From assembly GCF_006345805.1 (NCBI RefSeq), contig NC_043008.1, positions 28,954,001 to 29,018,000 on the forward strand: 64,000 nucleotides of DNA, given 5' to 3'. Positions 1 to 13,303 of this stretch are shown in pieces. The notes beneath the pieces were generated by a model that ran no database searches, was not told the DNA's origin, and was given only the letters and a program-made list of their open reading frames with translations. Every line of letters starts with the position of its first letter. The first letter of the stretch is position 1. The position numbers were made by a program, and so were the translations under genes. The stretch is from Octopus sinensis (Eukaryota).

Positions 1-141
1 TCATCTAATTGTATATATCTTTCGCTACTTTTCATAAAAATCCTTGACTTTTTTTGAGTTACAATGTGCATTTTCGTTTATTTTTCTTACTTTCCCCATT
101 ACGTTTCCACGTGTAGTTTCTATTTTCACTTTATGACTTAT

Positions 142-192
<51 letters not shown>

Positions 193-481
193 TGTGTGTG
201 TATTTTTTCAATATGTAGAAGTAACACGGAAAAAATAAATAAAGAGTTACCAGGATAGGAAAAGTTCACATAAGTGCCAAGGATGTTATAGCCTACTTAC
301 AAAGGTAGAAGTTACAGGGTTTCTTGAAACGTTTTTGAATGACACAGATAAAAAAGAAATGGAGTTGAACGCAGGTTTTATAAAAATATTATTTGAATAA
401 CACCTGCGTTTACTTCCATTTCTTAATTTACATATACACACACACATATATATATATGTGTGTGTGTGTTGAGCGTGTATG

Positions 482-519
<38 letters not shown>

Positions 520-599
520 TTTTGGTGGAGTTGTTATAGATCATGTAATGGAAGCCGCAACACATAGAAATGATGGAATTAGCATATAAGAGTCACATA

Positions 600-1330
600 A
601 GTAGGTATATCGCGCATTTGGAGATTCTATTGTTGTCTTTGCTTCTAGCATCATAGAAACACAAGACTACTTCGATCTTGTCATGAGAGAAGTATTCTCT
701 GTGGTAGAAATAAACGAATCGAAGGCAGAGTACATCGCCATTAATATAAACACAAACGAAACAACAGGTGTCCTGGCATATCGAAAGCAATTATCCAGGG
801 TTGATAATACACTCACGACTGTAACTGATCGCATAATTCAAACAAATGACATCATAGACAAAATTAAAGTGGCATGTGGAGTAATGTCACAACTTCAATA
901 ATTCTGGTCATTTGGCATCAACCTAACAACCAAGATAATGATAGATAAAACTCTATGTCTTCCGATTTTTATATATGAATGCGAGGCGTGGGTATAAAAC
1001 CGAATCGGAAAATGGCCATGGCGAACACTTTTCAAGGAAGAAACCTGAGGAAAATTTACCAGATATCATATGACGACCAATTTTCCAACTATGCATTTTA
1101 CAAAATTGTTGACGAAAAGCAAATGAACACAGGAATAAAGGAACGCCGGCTGAGATGGATTGGTCACTAACTGCAACACTCACCCAACGAATGCACTGAA
1201 CAGTTCCTGCTGTTTAACATCCCGCAAAATGAAAACCGCGAACAAAAAGGACTTATCACCGTATAATTCGTGCAGACTGCGGGATCTCAGTCAATGAAGT
1301 AATTCTAGCTACTGAAGTTTGAAATGAGTT
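600..1330 (+). mobile_element. Degraded RTE-like non-LTR retrotransposon fragment (RT end and C-terminal region)
   Basis: Fragmented translations GDSIVVFAS...EINESKAEY and LRKIYQISYDDQFSNYAFY...IKERRLRWIGH resemble the RTE-clade C-terminal motifs (LRxILxIxWxDxISN...RRLRWxGH); several stops and frameshifts. Confidence 0.6.
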
Positions 1331-1431
1331 AAAAGCCTTAATAAACCTTCTGCCAATGACTTGACTACACATATTTTTCCCTATTATATTTCTTTGTTAA
1401 ATTTTGAATAATGAATATCAGTTGATTAATG

Positions 1432-1500
<69 letters not shown>

Positions 1501-1701
1501 TATGTAGGTGAATGAATTATCCCAGTATGGATACTTCGGTTAACCGATACCCGGGTAGCAAATTCGCGTCAGAAAACACGGTTGAAGCTACATGCCAAGG
1601 GCAGACTTCCCGTGTTCTCGTGTAGAAATTTGTGTGTTTTCTTTTGACTATGAATAAATGAAAGAATGGAGTCGAACGACGATTTTAACAACATTCCTTT
1701 A

Positions 1702-1784
1702 CTCTCGACATATGTTTCGAAGACTGCATATTCTTAATTCCGAAGGAATAAAGGGTGCATTATGCCACCTTCTCAGTAGGAAAT
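1702..1784 (-). ncRNA. Type I hammerhead ribozyme remnant (core mutated to CUACUGA)
   Basis: Reverse complement reads ATTTC-CTACTGA-GAAGGTGGCATA...TATGCAGTCTTC-GAAAC-ATAT-GTC-GAGAG; topology kept, core mutated. Confidence 0.7.
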
Positions 1785-2364
1785 ACAAGGAACCTAAGTC
1801 AGCATCATGACGAACAGAAACATTTAGATGACTGCCCACATGGTGTCCACAGTGATAATGGGTGTTTCTTTAAAATATTCCGTTATAAGCAATGACGTCA
1901 ACATTGGTTGGATGGAGAAGGTTCTAAAAAGTTCAAGAGTTCAAATTTGGTTGGAAGGAGAAAGTTCTAAGAATAGGAAGGTGACAAAGTGCAAGTTGTA
2001 TGTATGGGGATGTGTGGGCGTTTGCTTTTGTTAATGAGTTTGAGTGTCTATGTGTGTGTATGTATATAACTGCATTCGTGTCCGTGTGTGTGTGTGTGTG
2101 TGTGCGTGATTGAGTATGTGGGGGACAAATGTCAAATACACGTAGTAGTGAGGTGATAAATTTGTGTATGTTTGTTTGATTGTGCGTATGATAGAGAGAG
2201 AGAGAGAGAGAGAGGTAGAAGTAGAGAGAAAGAGGTAAACATACCCCAACGAAATATAGTAGTAGTTCTTCATGTAACGGAGTAGAAAAAAAATATTTGT
2301 CTATGGTGGTGTTGTAGAAATGGAACTAAATTATTAAAATCAAAGAGGCTATCTATATTAATCA

Positions 2365-2754
2365 TCATTCATATGAGTGGAAGGTGTGCTTCTGCCAATG
2401 CTTGCACTTATAGGATTTTTCTATTATTGTGTTTACCATGGGGAACTTGTCGAAAAGGATATAGAAGAGTTCGGAATTACAAATGCCACAATATTTCCTG
2501 CTCTTATAAAAAGGACAGGATACAGACAATCTGGACCAATCCAGCTTGAAAGCTATATTGCCGCCCTTAAGACGCCAAACTAATTTACTTAGTCCTGTAC
2601 TTTGTTGTTTTCTCCTATCTCGGAAAGTTGAATAATGATTGGAAATTCTCTGGGACAATCTAGAAGCTGCCGCACCAATATAGAAGAAGACATCGCTACC
2701 GGAAGAAATTTTACACTGGTAAAAGGAATTTCTAATTTTTGAATTACTGGACAA
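2365..2754 (-). pseudogene. GIY-YIG endonuclease domain of PLE A
   Basis: ORF track 129 aa with FYQC/FYIG motifs, catalytic-region R and H, and C-terminal CxxC and CxH. Confidence 0.85.
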
Positions 2755-4543
2755 GAACTTTAATCTGTTAGGGTTTTCCTAGAGTTTTTATTGTTATGAT
2801 TGCTGTAAATATTATTGCTAGCATTGACCACTATACTATTTCTATTATTGTTATTATTATTATTATTATTATTAATTGTACTATCGCCGGCAATATCCCT
2901 GACTATAGAAATGCTGTCGTTGTTAGCATAAACACTACCACTGTTATTAATCCGACTAATATTATTAATAATATTAACATTGTTAATACTAACGCTGTTA
3001 CGAATGTTGCTATTATCAATACTATTTCTATTATTATTATTCTATGTTTGGTTGGAATTTGTAGGAGTAGTGTTGAAACTACCGGGTGAAGAATCTTTGT
3101 TTAGCAGCTTGTTATTATTGGAGGCACTAATTTGCGAAAGATTTCTAGTGTTAGAGAATGCAATCCTTACCTTATGCGAATTGATAGTAGAGTAATACCT
3201 AGAATTCCTGGGAAAGTTCCTAGCTACGGCTTCACGGAACTGTAAAAGAAGGTTTAAATTGATTTGTTTTCCGAAAGGTGTGACAAACCAGATATAGTTT
3301 TTGTGGACTTAGAATTGCTCATAGCGCTACCAGTTACATTAAAGGAAAGATTTCTGTGCTGGTAAATTGAGGTTGGTTGTCGACTGCCTCCCCTGGTCCG
3401 TAAATTATTTTTCTTATGTACAGGGGTGCCGACGTTGTTAGAGCTGAAATCATTTTTCTCGCTATTTCTATTCTTATTGGTTTTCTTATCCTGGGAAGCA
3501 TATATTGGTTTAGAATGGGCCGGGTCGGTGTATGATACTTTTTCTCTATAACCGGCTTTGGACCAGGCGGCGTTATAAAATTCCGCTTTCTGGTTAAAGA
3601 AGTCGACATTAGCAGATAATTTTGACAGTTTTAAAGAAATGTTTTTAACTAAATTATCTGTAATTGTTTTGGCATGGTTACTGAAAATGCTGATATATTT
3701 AATATTAGTAGAAGGTTTATGATAAGGGAAGTATGAATTATTCTGCAGATTTAGGGTAATGTCTAAGAAGTTGGCTTTTAAGTTAATTCATCGTCGAAAA
3801 CTATGCTCAAGCCCATTCTCCTAAAGAATCTAGCTAATCTGTTCTTAATCTTCTGTATTCTATTTGTAATTCCGAACACTTCTATATCCTTTTCGCCAAG
3901 TTCCCTTGGTAAACACAAAAATAGAAAAATCCTATAAGTGTAAGCATTGGCAGAAGCACATCTTCCACTCATATGAATGATGATTAATATAGATAATCTC
4001 TTTGATTTTAATAATTTAGTTCCACTTCTACAACACCGCCATAGACAATTCCATTTTTCTACACCGTTACATGAACTACTACTATATTTCGTTGGGGTAA
4101 GTTTACCTCTTTCTCTCTATTTCTCCCTCCTCTCTCTCTCTCTATCATACGCACAATCAAACAAACATACACAAATTTATCACCTTACTACTAAATGTAT
4201 TTGACATTTGTCCCCCACACACACAATCACGCGCACACACACACAGACAAGAATGCAGTTATATACATACACACACATAGACACTCAAACTCATTAACAA
4301 AAGCAAGCACCCACGTATCACCATACATACAACTTGCACTTTGTCACCTTCCTATTCTTAGAACTTTCTCCTTCCAACCAAATTTGAACTCTTGAACTTT
4401 TTAGAACCTTCTCCATCCAACCAATTTTGACGTCATTGCTTATAACGGAATATTTTAAAGAAACACTCCTTATCACTGTGGACACCATGTAGGCAGTCAT
4501 CTAAATGTTTTTGTTCGTCATGATGCTGACATAGGTTCCTTGT

Positions 4544-4626
4544 CTTTCCTGCTGAGAAGGCGGCATAATGCACTCTTCATTCCTTCGGAATTAAGAATAT
4601 GCAGTCTTCGAAACATATGTCGAGAG
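4544..4626 (+). ncRNA. Type I hammerhead ribozyme (core variant CUGCUGA, probably impaired)
   Basis: CTTTC-CTGCTGA-GAAGGCGGCATA...TATGCAGTCTTC-GAAAC-ATAT-GTC|GAGAG; palindromic stem III ACATATGT. Confidence 0.75.
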
Positions 4627-4671
4627 TAAAGGAATGTTGTTAAAAATCGTGGTTCGACGCCATTCTTCATT

Positions 4672-4750
<79 letters not shown>

Positions 4751-4757
4751 ATATATA

Positions 4758-4799
<42 letters not shown>

Positions 4800-4846
4800 T
4801 AAATGAAAGAATGGAGTCGAACGAAGATGTTAACAAAATTCCTTTA

Positions 4847-4928
4847 CTCTCGACACATGTTTCGAAGACGGCATACTTTTATTCCGAAGGAATGAAGGGT
4901 GCATTATGCAATCTTCTCTTCAGGAAAG
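4847..4928 (-). ncRNA. Type I hammerhead ribozyme, intact core, PLE B 3' pLTR
   Basis: Reverse complement CTTTC-CTGAAGA-GAAGATTGCATA...TATGCCGTCTTC-GAAAC-ATGT-GTC|GAGAG. Confidence 0.85.
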
Positions 4929-5429
4929 ATAAGGATGATTGCCTACATGGTGACCACAGTGATAACGGGTGTTTTTTTTTAAATCCGTTATTAGCATTGA
5001 CATCAAAATTGGGTAGAAGGAGGAAGTAGTAAAAATAGGTAGGGGACAATATGTATGCTGTACGTATGGGGATGTGCAGGTGTGTGCTTGTGTTAATGAG
5101 TGCAAGTGTTTATGTGTGTGTATGAATGTGTGTATATAACTGCATTTGCGTCTCTCTGTGTGTCTGTGTGTGTGTGTGATTGCGCGTTTGAGATAGACAA
5201 ACGTCAAATATACGTAGTAGTAAGGTGAAATATTTGTGTCTGTGTGTTTGATTGTGTGTGTGATAGAGAAAGAGAGAGAAACATACGTCAAAGATATTTA
5301 GTAGCAATGGAACATATAACGGAGCAATAGGTACGGAGGAGGAAGTAAACGTTGATTGAAGGAATGTTCGAAGGCATAGGCAAGTATAGGAAAGAATTTG
5401 TCTATGGCAGTGGTGTGGACATGAAGCTA

Positions 5430-8027
5430 ATTGTTAAAACTACAGTGGTTATCTTTATCATTTATATGAGTGGAAAGTGTTTTTCTGCCAATGTTTACAT
5501 TTGTACGATCTTTCTATGGGTGTGTTTACTAGGGGAACCTTGGCGAAAAGAATATAGAAGAGTTTAGAATTACAAATGTTACAAAATTGTCTGCTCTTAT
5601 CAAAAGGAAAGGATACAGACAATATGAACCAATTCAACTTGAAAGTTATATTGTTGTCAAACTAATTTGCTTAGCCCTGTACTACGTCGTTTTTTCTTAT
5701 CTCGGAAAGTCGAATAATGATTGGAAATTCTCTTTGATAACTGAGAAGTGGTCGCACCTATATAGAAGAAGACATCGGTACCGGAAGAAATTCTACACTT
5801 GTAAATGGAATTCTTAATTTTGGAATTACTGGCCAAAAATTTTAATCTGTTAGGGTTTTCCTCCGAGATCGAGACGGAGTTTTTATTGTTACGATTGTTG
5901 TTTTTATTACTAATAGCGTTAACAATTACACTATTTCTATTATTATTATTATTATTAATTGAACTGCAATATCTCCGACAAGAGTACCGTTGTTGTCGTT
6001 ACCATCAACACTACCATTGTTATTAACCCGACTAATACTATTATAAATATTATCATTGCTAACACTATCGCTGCTACGAATGCTGTTACTATCAATACTA
6101 TTTCTATTATTCTGATTGTATGATGGGTTGGAATTGGTAAGTTTAGTGTTGGAACTCCCGGGTGAAGAATCTTTGTTTAGTAGCTTGTTATTATGGGAAG
6201 AAATAATTTGTGAAAGATTCCTAGTGTTAGAGAATGCAATTCTTACCTTGTGTGAATTGATAATAGAATGATATCTAGAATTACTGGGAAAGTTCCTAGC
6301 AACGGCTTCACAGAACTGTAAGGAAAGGTTCGATTTAATTTGTTTACCGAAAGGTACTACAAACCAGATACAGTATTTTGTGGACTTTGAATTGTTCCTA
6401 GTGTTATTTGTGACAGTAAGGGGGAAATTTCTGTGTTGGAAATTTGGGGTTGTTTGGCGCTTACCTCCCCTAGTCCGTAAAAAATTTATCTTATGTACAG
6501 GGGTGCTGGCCCTATTAGAATTGAAATCATTATTTTTATTACGAGTAGCTTTACTATCTTGAGAAGCAGATGCTGGTTTAGAATGAGCTGGGTCGATGTA
6601 TGATACTTTTTCCTTATAACCGGCTCTTGACAAGGCGGCGTTATAGATTTCCGCTTTTTGGTTAAAGATGTCGACGTTAGCTGATAATTTTGACAGTCTC
6701 AGAGATATGTTTTTAACTAAATTATCGGTAATTGACTTGGCATGATTACTGAAAATGCTGATATACTTAAGATTAGTAGAAGGTTTATGATAAGGGAAGT
6801 ATGAGTTATTCTGCAGATTGAGGGTAATGTCTAAGAAGTTGGCTTTAGTTAACTCGTCGTCAAAATCTATGCTCAAGCCCATTCGACTAAAAAACCTAAC
6901 TAATCTGTTCTTAACCTTCTGTATTTTTTGGTTTGAAGCTTTCTGGGGGTAAAGCAGACAATCGTCGCGATACAGACCTCCACAGATGTCCGGAAATTGG
7001 TCGGCCATTTCATAGAGAATATAAATTCCGACCAAATCGGCTATCTGGGCGCTGTCTGTACTTCCCAGTAGTACATCAAAGGCGTTAGGGGTGTCTCTAC
7101 AGACCAACAACTTGCTATCGAACTGTATGAAAGATTTTCTAGCTGTTATTATCACATAAATTTCCTCCCTGGAGAGGCCTGCCTTATTGTGTGTGTGCCA
7201 TAGGGCCTTATTAAGTACACTAGGGTTGATTGACGGGTAGAAACTGGATTTATCGAATTGTATAAATTTAGTGTTGGCCTTATCGGTAATAGAAGTAAAC
7301 CAATCTACGACTTGAGCAGAGTTGGACCATAAGTTAAGTTTTAATTTATCAATTAATATAGGTATATCATTATCTAATATGCATTTACTAAGGGTACCGA
7401 TGTCTGAACTGGAAGGGCATATGAGTCGCAATGCTGAGTTGGTATGAAAGTTCTGTTTGTGGTCCTTTAAGATGAATCTTGGTTGTCTGGGGTTCAACGG
7501 TTTCGTCTTCATTTGTAATCCGTAAGTCTCCATAATCTTCTTAGTTTCTAAGTTGGCCTGTCTGAGCATATTCCTACTGGTGGTCCTGTAATTCTTATGT
7601 ATCTCTCTTTTGAGCAGTTCTAAATAATGGCTCTTGGCAAGCTTATATATGTTCCCGGTTTTATCGATTGGACCAGGATAAAGTCTAATCAGTTTATATC
7701 TCTAGAGACTTTATCGAGGTATTTGAGGTGTTTATTCCTGAGGGGTGATTTATGAAATTTAATATTCCTTACGATGTCCCAAAGATCATATTCGAAATTC
7801 TTCAGTCTAGGATTAGGTGGAGGAGTTCCCCTCGACTTAAATAGTTTTTTATATGAAAGGGAGACGTCGTTACTGGTCCGTTTTAGGTCCTCATTATCGT
7901 GGAAGAAGGCGAGCAATCTGATGCGGATGATAAATGCAATTGACTTGTTAATAATTTCCTTAAGGGAGGCTTCTTTTGGTGGTATAGGGATGTCCTTAAG
8001 GGAGGCGTTAATATCGAACAGCTCCAT
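5430..8027 (-). pseudogene. PLE B RT plus GIY-YIG polyprotein, disrupted by a few stops and frameshifts
   Basis: ORFs 7689-8027 and 5926-7569 (547 aa, YRDD). The 547-aa frame extends upstream to about 7685 (DKTGNIYKL...). The endonuclease at about 5430-5810 is in another frame with a TGG>TGA stop in LVW. Confidence 0.9.
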
Positions 8028-8277
8028 TTGCGGGATCGGTTAAGTTAGTAGGTTGTCAGGGAAACTGTATAAGAATATTTAAGTAGGTGAATGAATTATC
8101 CTAGCATGGAAAATTCGGTTAACCGATACCTGGGTAGCAAATTCACGTCAGAAAACACGGTTGAAGCGACCTGTCAAGGGTAGAAACTCCGGGTTCTTGT
8201 GTGGAAATGTGTGTATTTTTTATATATGAACAACTGACAGAATGGAGTCGAACGAAGATGTTAACAAAATTCCTTTA

Positions 8278-8359
8278 CTCTGGACACATATTTCGAAGAC
8301 GGCATACTTTTAATCCGAAGGAATAAAGGGTGCATTATGCAATCTTCTCATCAAGAATG
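8278..8359 (-). ncRNA. Degenerate hammerhead in PLE B upstream pLTR
   Basis: Same layout as 4847-4928 but core TTGATGA, with substitutions in stems I and III. Confidence 0.6.
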
Positions 8360-8928
8360 ATAAGGAGCCTCTCTCAGTCACGAGACGAACAAAAAACTTT
8401 GATGATTGCCTACATGGTGACCACAGTGATAATGGGTGTTTTTTTTTTAAATCCGTTATAAGCATTGACGTCAAAATTGGGTAAAAGGAGGAAGTAGTAA
8501 AAATAGGTAGGGGACATTATGTATGCTGTACGTATGGGGATGTACAGGTGTGTGCTTGTGTTAATGAGTGCAAGTGTTTATGTGTGTGTATGAATGTGTG
8601 TATATAACTGCATTTGTGTTTGTGTGTGTGATTGTGTGTTTGAGATAGACAAACGTCAAATTTACGTAGTAGTAAGGTGAAATATTTGTGTCTGTGTGTT
8701 TGATTGTGTGTGTGATAGAGAGAGAGAGAGAGAAACATACGTCAAAGATATTTAGTAGCAATGGAACATATAACATATATCTCACACACACACACACACA
8801 CACACACAAATGCAGTTATATACACACATTCATACACACACATAAAAAACACCCGTTATCACTGTAGTCACCATGTAGGCAATCATTAAAATTTTTTGTT
8901 TGTCTTGTGACTGAGAGAGGCTCCTTAT

Positions 8929-9010
8929 CTTTCCTGATGAGAAGATTGCATAATGCACGCTTTATTCCTTCGGATTAAAAGTATGCCGTCTTCGAAACAT
9001 GTGTCGAGAG
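8929..9010 (+). ncRNA. Type I hammerhead ribozyme, intact core, PLE B inverted pLTR
   Basis: CTTTC-CTGATGA(8934-8940)-GAAGATTGCATA...TATGCCGTCTTC-GAAAC-ATGT-GTC|GAGAG; predicted cleavage after C9005. Confidence 0.9.
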
Positions 9011-9229
9011 TAAAGGAATTTTGTTAACATTTCGTTCGACTCCATTCTTTCATGTATTCATACATAAAAAAACACACAAATTTCCACACAAGAATCCGGA
9101 GTTTCTACCCTTGACAGGTCACGTCAACCGTGTTTTCTGACGTGAATTTGCTACCCAGGTATCGGTTAAACGAATTTTCCATGCTAGGATAATTCATTGA
9201 CCTACTTAAATATATATATATATATATAT

Positions 9230-9420
9230 AAAGTAATAAAATAATATACAATGGGTTTGCCAAGGCATGCTTGAAATATTCTTTTGTTTTCTGAAAAAAA
9301 ACAACCTTTTTAACTTTTACATAATTTTGTATAATAGCAACGATACATATTCCCTTGCCTTTCTTTTTCTTGCTCTCTCTCCCTCTCTCCCTGTCCTTCT
9401 CTCTCTCTCTCTCTCTGTCT

Positions 9421-9475
<55 letters not shown>

Positions 9476-9695
9476 CCTATACAAAGACAGAGAGATAAAG
9501 AGAGAGAGAGAGACAAGTGCAGGGGGACAGAGAGAGAGAGAGAGAGAAAGAGCAAGAAAAAGAAAGGCAAGATAATATGTATCGTTGCTATTATACAGAA
9601 GTATGTAAAAGTCCAAAAGGTTGTTTTTTTTCAGAAAACAAAGGAATATTTCAGCCACGCCTTAGCAAACCCATTGTATATTATTATATTACTTT
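9230..9695. repeat. Fold-back / MITE-like inverted repeat with about 190-bp unique arms around (CT)n-(TA)n-(GA)n
   Basis: AAAGTAAT...TATACAATGGGTTTGC...CTGAAAAAAAACAACC is mirrored by GGTTGTTTTTTTTCAG...GCAAACCCATTGTATA...ATTACTTT. Confidence 0.8.
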
Positions 9696-9699
9696 ATCT

Positions 9700-10430
9700 T
9701 TAAATGTATCAGCATTGAGGCTGCAGTCAAGCTGGGGCACCGCCACTGTAATCACTTGGACGATTCTATGTGTTTGCCTTTTAGTGAAGGTGGGTTTTCG
9801 ATATTGTTGCTCTCTTTTGAGTTTCCTCCCTTGATTTTGGTATATCTGGGATCATGAATTGCAAGAGGTCAAGTTGTTTCTTGAAAACAACTAATCCCAC
9901 TCCAAGGAGATCTCTCTGATGTTTTGTCAAGGAGTTAAATAGCTGTGGGCCCTTGAAACCCAAGCTGTTGCACTACATGGTCCTCGCCCCTAGATGAGAC
10001 AGCTGGGACTTTTGGGACAGTGCAGCGACATCCAATTCGAGGTCTTGTATAACTCTCAATTCCAAAATTTTGTGTCAGCCCCTCCAGTATCTCCCATATA
10101 TATAACACGGCGTGCCTCTCCCGTGTTCGCTCCAGAGAAAAGAGTTGTAGCGCTTTCAGTGTCTCTCAGTAGCTCAGTTGTTTCATTGGTGCAATCTTCT
10201 TCGTGTAGTATCACTGAAATACCTCAAATTCTGCAATTATTTCTACCATAGATGAGAGCTGTAGTCCACATGGCTGACGACAAATAATTTCCTGGTCCCA
10301 TATTCTGAAGGATCTCAGAATCCATCCGGTCATTCGCCTGGATACTGTCACCATCTTGGTGACAAATTTTGATATCTTGGCAACTGAAGCAACTGGACAT
10401 GACAGTTTGACCAAACGAACTGGCTATTGC
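9700..10430 (-). mobile_element. 3' fragment of CR1/L2-group LINE
   Basis: GFKGPQLFNSL...DLLGV...FKKQLD...IPDIP and MTGWILRSF motifs, same family type as 45.9-48.8 kb and 50.8-54.2 kb; 3' tail GGCGGTGCCCCAGC. Confidence 0.8.
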
Positions 10431-10541
10431 AAGCAAAAACAGATATTGAAAAATAACGCATATATTATGTTGTTTCATATGTAATGTCATATTTGAAGGG
10501 TAAAAATGAAATGTTTCAGAAATGTTAGAGAACTGATTTAT

Positions 10542-11540
10542 TTAATCAAAGTATGATCCATGTTCATTTATGACGTTCACTCAACGTTTCTCTATGGCAT
10601 ATATTCCATCTTCAAAACAAAATTCATTTTTTTTATGTGATAAATTGTCCGAATGCATCAATTACCTCTTCTCTATCTGAGAATGTTTTATTGCTTATAA
10701 AAATCTCAAAATGTTTAAGTAAGTGATGATCAGTAGGAGAGATATCAGGAAAATAGGGAGGATGTGTCAAAATCTCATTATTCAGGTTTTAAACTTTTAG
10801 TAGCTTCAGAAGTGCCAGGATGTGCATTGTCGTGGAGCAAAATTAGGCCATCTCTATTCACTATTCCGGGTTGCTTCTTTTTCAAATCCTCATGCATACA
10901 ATCAATTGGCAATTCGATGCTGCTGTTACCGTTTTGCCTTGTTGGAAATAGGAATAATGAATAACTCCCTTCGCAAACAACCATACAGTGACATCTAACA
11001 TTTTAGCGTGGAATAGTGGGTTTGGGTAGTGTTTAGTTGACTCTCCTGCATCTAATCACTGTCTTGTACTCCTGCCGTTGTTAAAGAGTATCCATTTCTC
11101 ATCACAATTAATGATTTGATGCAGAAATGGTCTTTTTCCAGTCGCGAAAGCAATAAGGAGCACACTTCGAGGCGTCGGTTTCTTTTATTTCGTTCAGTTC
11201 ATGTGGAACAAACCTATCTATTTTCTTGACTTTTCCAAATTTTAACAGGTGCCCAAAAAAGTTGTGCGAGTTCTGATAAAAATATTTGAAACTTTGTTCT
11301 CGGATTTTGTTCAACCAGAGCCTTTAATCCATCATGTCGTATAGCTGATTTTGGCCTACGCTTTGGTTTATTTTTTAGGCTATCATCTCCTGAACGAGAG
11401 CTTTGGAAACATCTCTAAACATTCTAATGTTATTACCAAAGCCACCTTGATATTCCGTAGAGTTTCTGCAGCATGATGACCTAGTTTGTACTCATACGAG
11501 AAAATCACTTAACAAACAGTTATGTTGTTATCATTTTCAT
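10542..11540 (-). mobile_element. Degraded mariner-family transposase (about 1 kb)
   Basis: YEYKLGHHAAETLRNI (HTH), RFVPHEL (WVPHEL-like), ILLHDNA motif and C-terminal GIYAIEKR*VNVINEHGSYFD; many stops; TIRs not recognisable. Confidence 0.85.
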
Positions 11541-11685
11541 ACTGTCTGTGGGTACGAATTTTGTATATTAATATTGTTGGGAAAGAAAAACAGTGAAGAC
11601 TATATACAAGATATACATTATTGAGTTTTTAAATGACTGAAGTAACAAATAATTAAAAATGAGGCATTTCATGTGAAACACACTA

Positions 11686-11832
<147 letters not shown>

Positions 11833-11855
11833 TATATATATATAATATATATATA

Positions 11856-12031
11856 GGTGTAGGAGTGGGTGTGTGGTATGTAGCTTGTTTACCAACTACA
11901 TGGTTCCGGGTTCAGTCCCACTGCGTGGCACCTTGGTCAAGTTTCTTCTACCATTGCCTCGGATCGACCAAAGCCTTTTGAGTGGATTTGGTAGACGGAA
12001 ACTGAAAGAAGCACGTCGTATATATGTATAC

Positions 12032-12076
<45 letters not shown>

Positions 12077-12285
12077 GTTGTGTGTCTGTGTTTTCCCCCT
12101 CTCCCTTGACATCGCTTCACAACCGATGGTTTTGTGTTTGCGTCCCTGTAACTTAGCGGTTCGGCCAAAGAGACCGATAGAATAAGTACTAGGATTACAA
12201 AGAATAAGTCTTGCGGTCCATTTGCTCGACTAAAGGCTGTGCTCCAGCATGGCTGTAGTCAAATGACTGTAACAAGTAGAAGAGA
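11856..12285 (+). mobile_element. tRNA-derived SINE with internal (TA)n/(TG)n tract and LINE-like 3' tail
   Basis: A-box-like GGAGTGGGTGTGTGG, B-box-like GGTTCAGTCCC, internal microsatellite, tail GGCTGTGCTCCAGCATGGCTGTAGTC...; related pieces at 57488-57620, 59130-59285 and 60054-60090. Confidence 0.8.
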
Positions 12286-13156
12286 GAGAGTAAGGAATAT
12301 ATATGTGTGTGTTTGCCTGCGTATTTGCGCGTGTGCGGGACTGGTCAATCAAGTACAATTTACCATAAAAATTTGCAGTTTTATTTGGATTAAAATATCA
12401 GCCTCTTCAAAGCAAAATATTTGAACGTTGTTCACCTGCTTTTCAACTTCTCTCACTGTCATCCACTTCTATTCTTTCTGCTGCTAGAATTCTTTCCGTA
12501 GCGTGTCAGGCCACAAGCTGCGCTTTATTATATGTAAGATACCCAACTTGCTGTGAGAAAATGTTTATGTAGACAAAGAATAGGATACATTTTCTTTGAA
12601 ATTTAATATAAATATGTTCTATTATCTAAAGATATTCTGAGATAAATAATAAATTTTTCTGAATAACAATTCTGAAATAAATTTGTCTCACTTTATTTCT
12701 TGTTGTCGTTATGAAAATTCAAAGAGTTACTCTATATCATCATCATCATCATCATTATCATCATCATCATCACCATCATCATCATTATTATTATCATTAT
12801 TATTTTCTAATTTTTACCATTACGGAATAAAATCGATTCAAGACAATGTTAGCAGCTAAACATAATTAGCTAGAAAAGTAAATTTTTCTCTTCTATTTTC
12901 ATTCGTACGGCTGTAGGTAGAGAAAGGCGAGAGAATAATGTGTTGACATTAGTAGATAATTTCTTGTTATCCCATCAATGTCTACTTCCAGAACATAAAA
13001 TGATTCCCGTTATCGCAATTCAATCAGGTGTGTCTCACCTCGGGATAGTGTTTTTGCTAATTAAGCAATCTTTACAGCATACTTATTTTATTTTCCCTGC
13101 CTATGTGTCTGCTTACATGACTGTGTAGATACAGACATGTACATATATACATATGC

Positions 13157-13205
<49 letters not shown>

Positions 13206-13234
13206 TAAAGGTATATATATATATATATAATATA

Positions 13235-13303
<69 letters not shown>

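Larger units (their letters stand above)
1497..4673 (-). mobile_element. Penelope-like element A: 5'-truncated minus-strand copy (1497-3861) plus inverted copy of its 3' end (3862-4673), flanked by (TA)n
   Basis: GIY-YIG ORF 2365-2754 (SFYQCK...FYIGA...NHYSTF...LSKLVWRLK...CGIC...CKH); RT thumb remnants 3300-3860; 3862-4673 is the reverse complement of about 1660-2492; hammerhead remnants at both ends. Confidence 0.9.
4797..9210 (-). mobile_element. Near full-length Penelope-like element B: 3' pLTR (4797-about 5400), ORF (about 5400-8027), upstream pLTR with tail (8083-8770) and inverted partial pLTR (about 8790-9210); flanked by (TA)n
   Basis: N-terminal SLKDIPIP motif, DKTGNIY, RT motifs (LKDHK, FDKSSFYPSI, GSTDSAQIADLVG, GLYRDD, FLDITL, YHKP, SNH), GIY-YIG remnant (SIYKC...FYIGAT); repeated pLTRs with hammerheads. 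Confidence 0.95.

Noticed and set aside
357-423. Hairpin GAAATGGAGTTGAACGCAGGT / ACCTGCGTTTACTTCCATTTC resembling the PLE C terminal sequence (about 37768-37787)
   Set aside because: Probably a tiny remnant of a related PLE end; too short to annotate.
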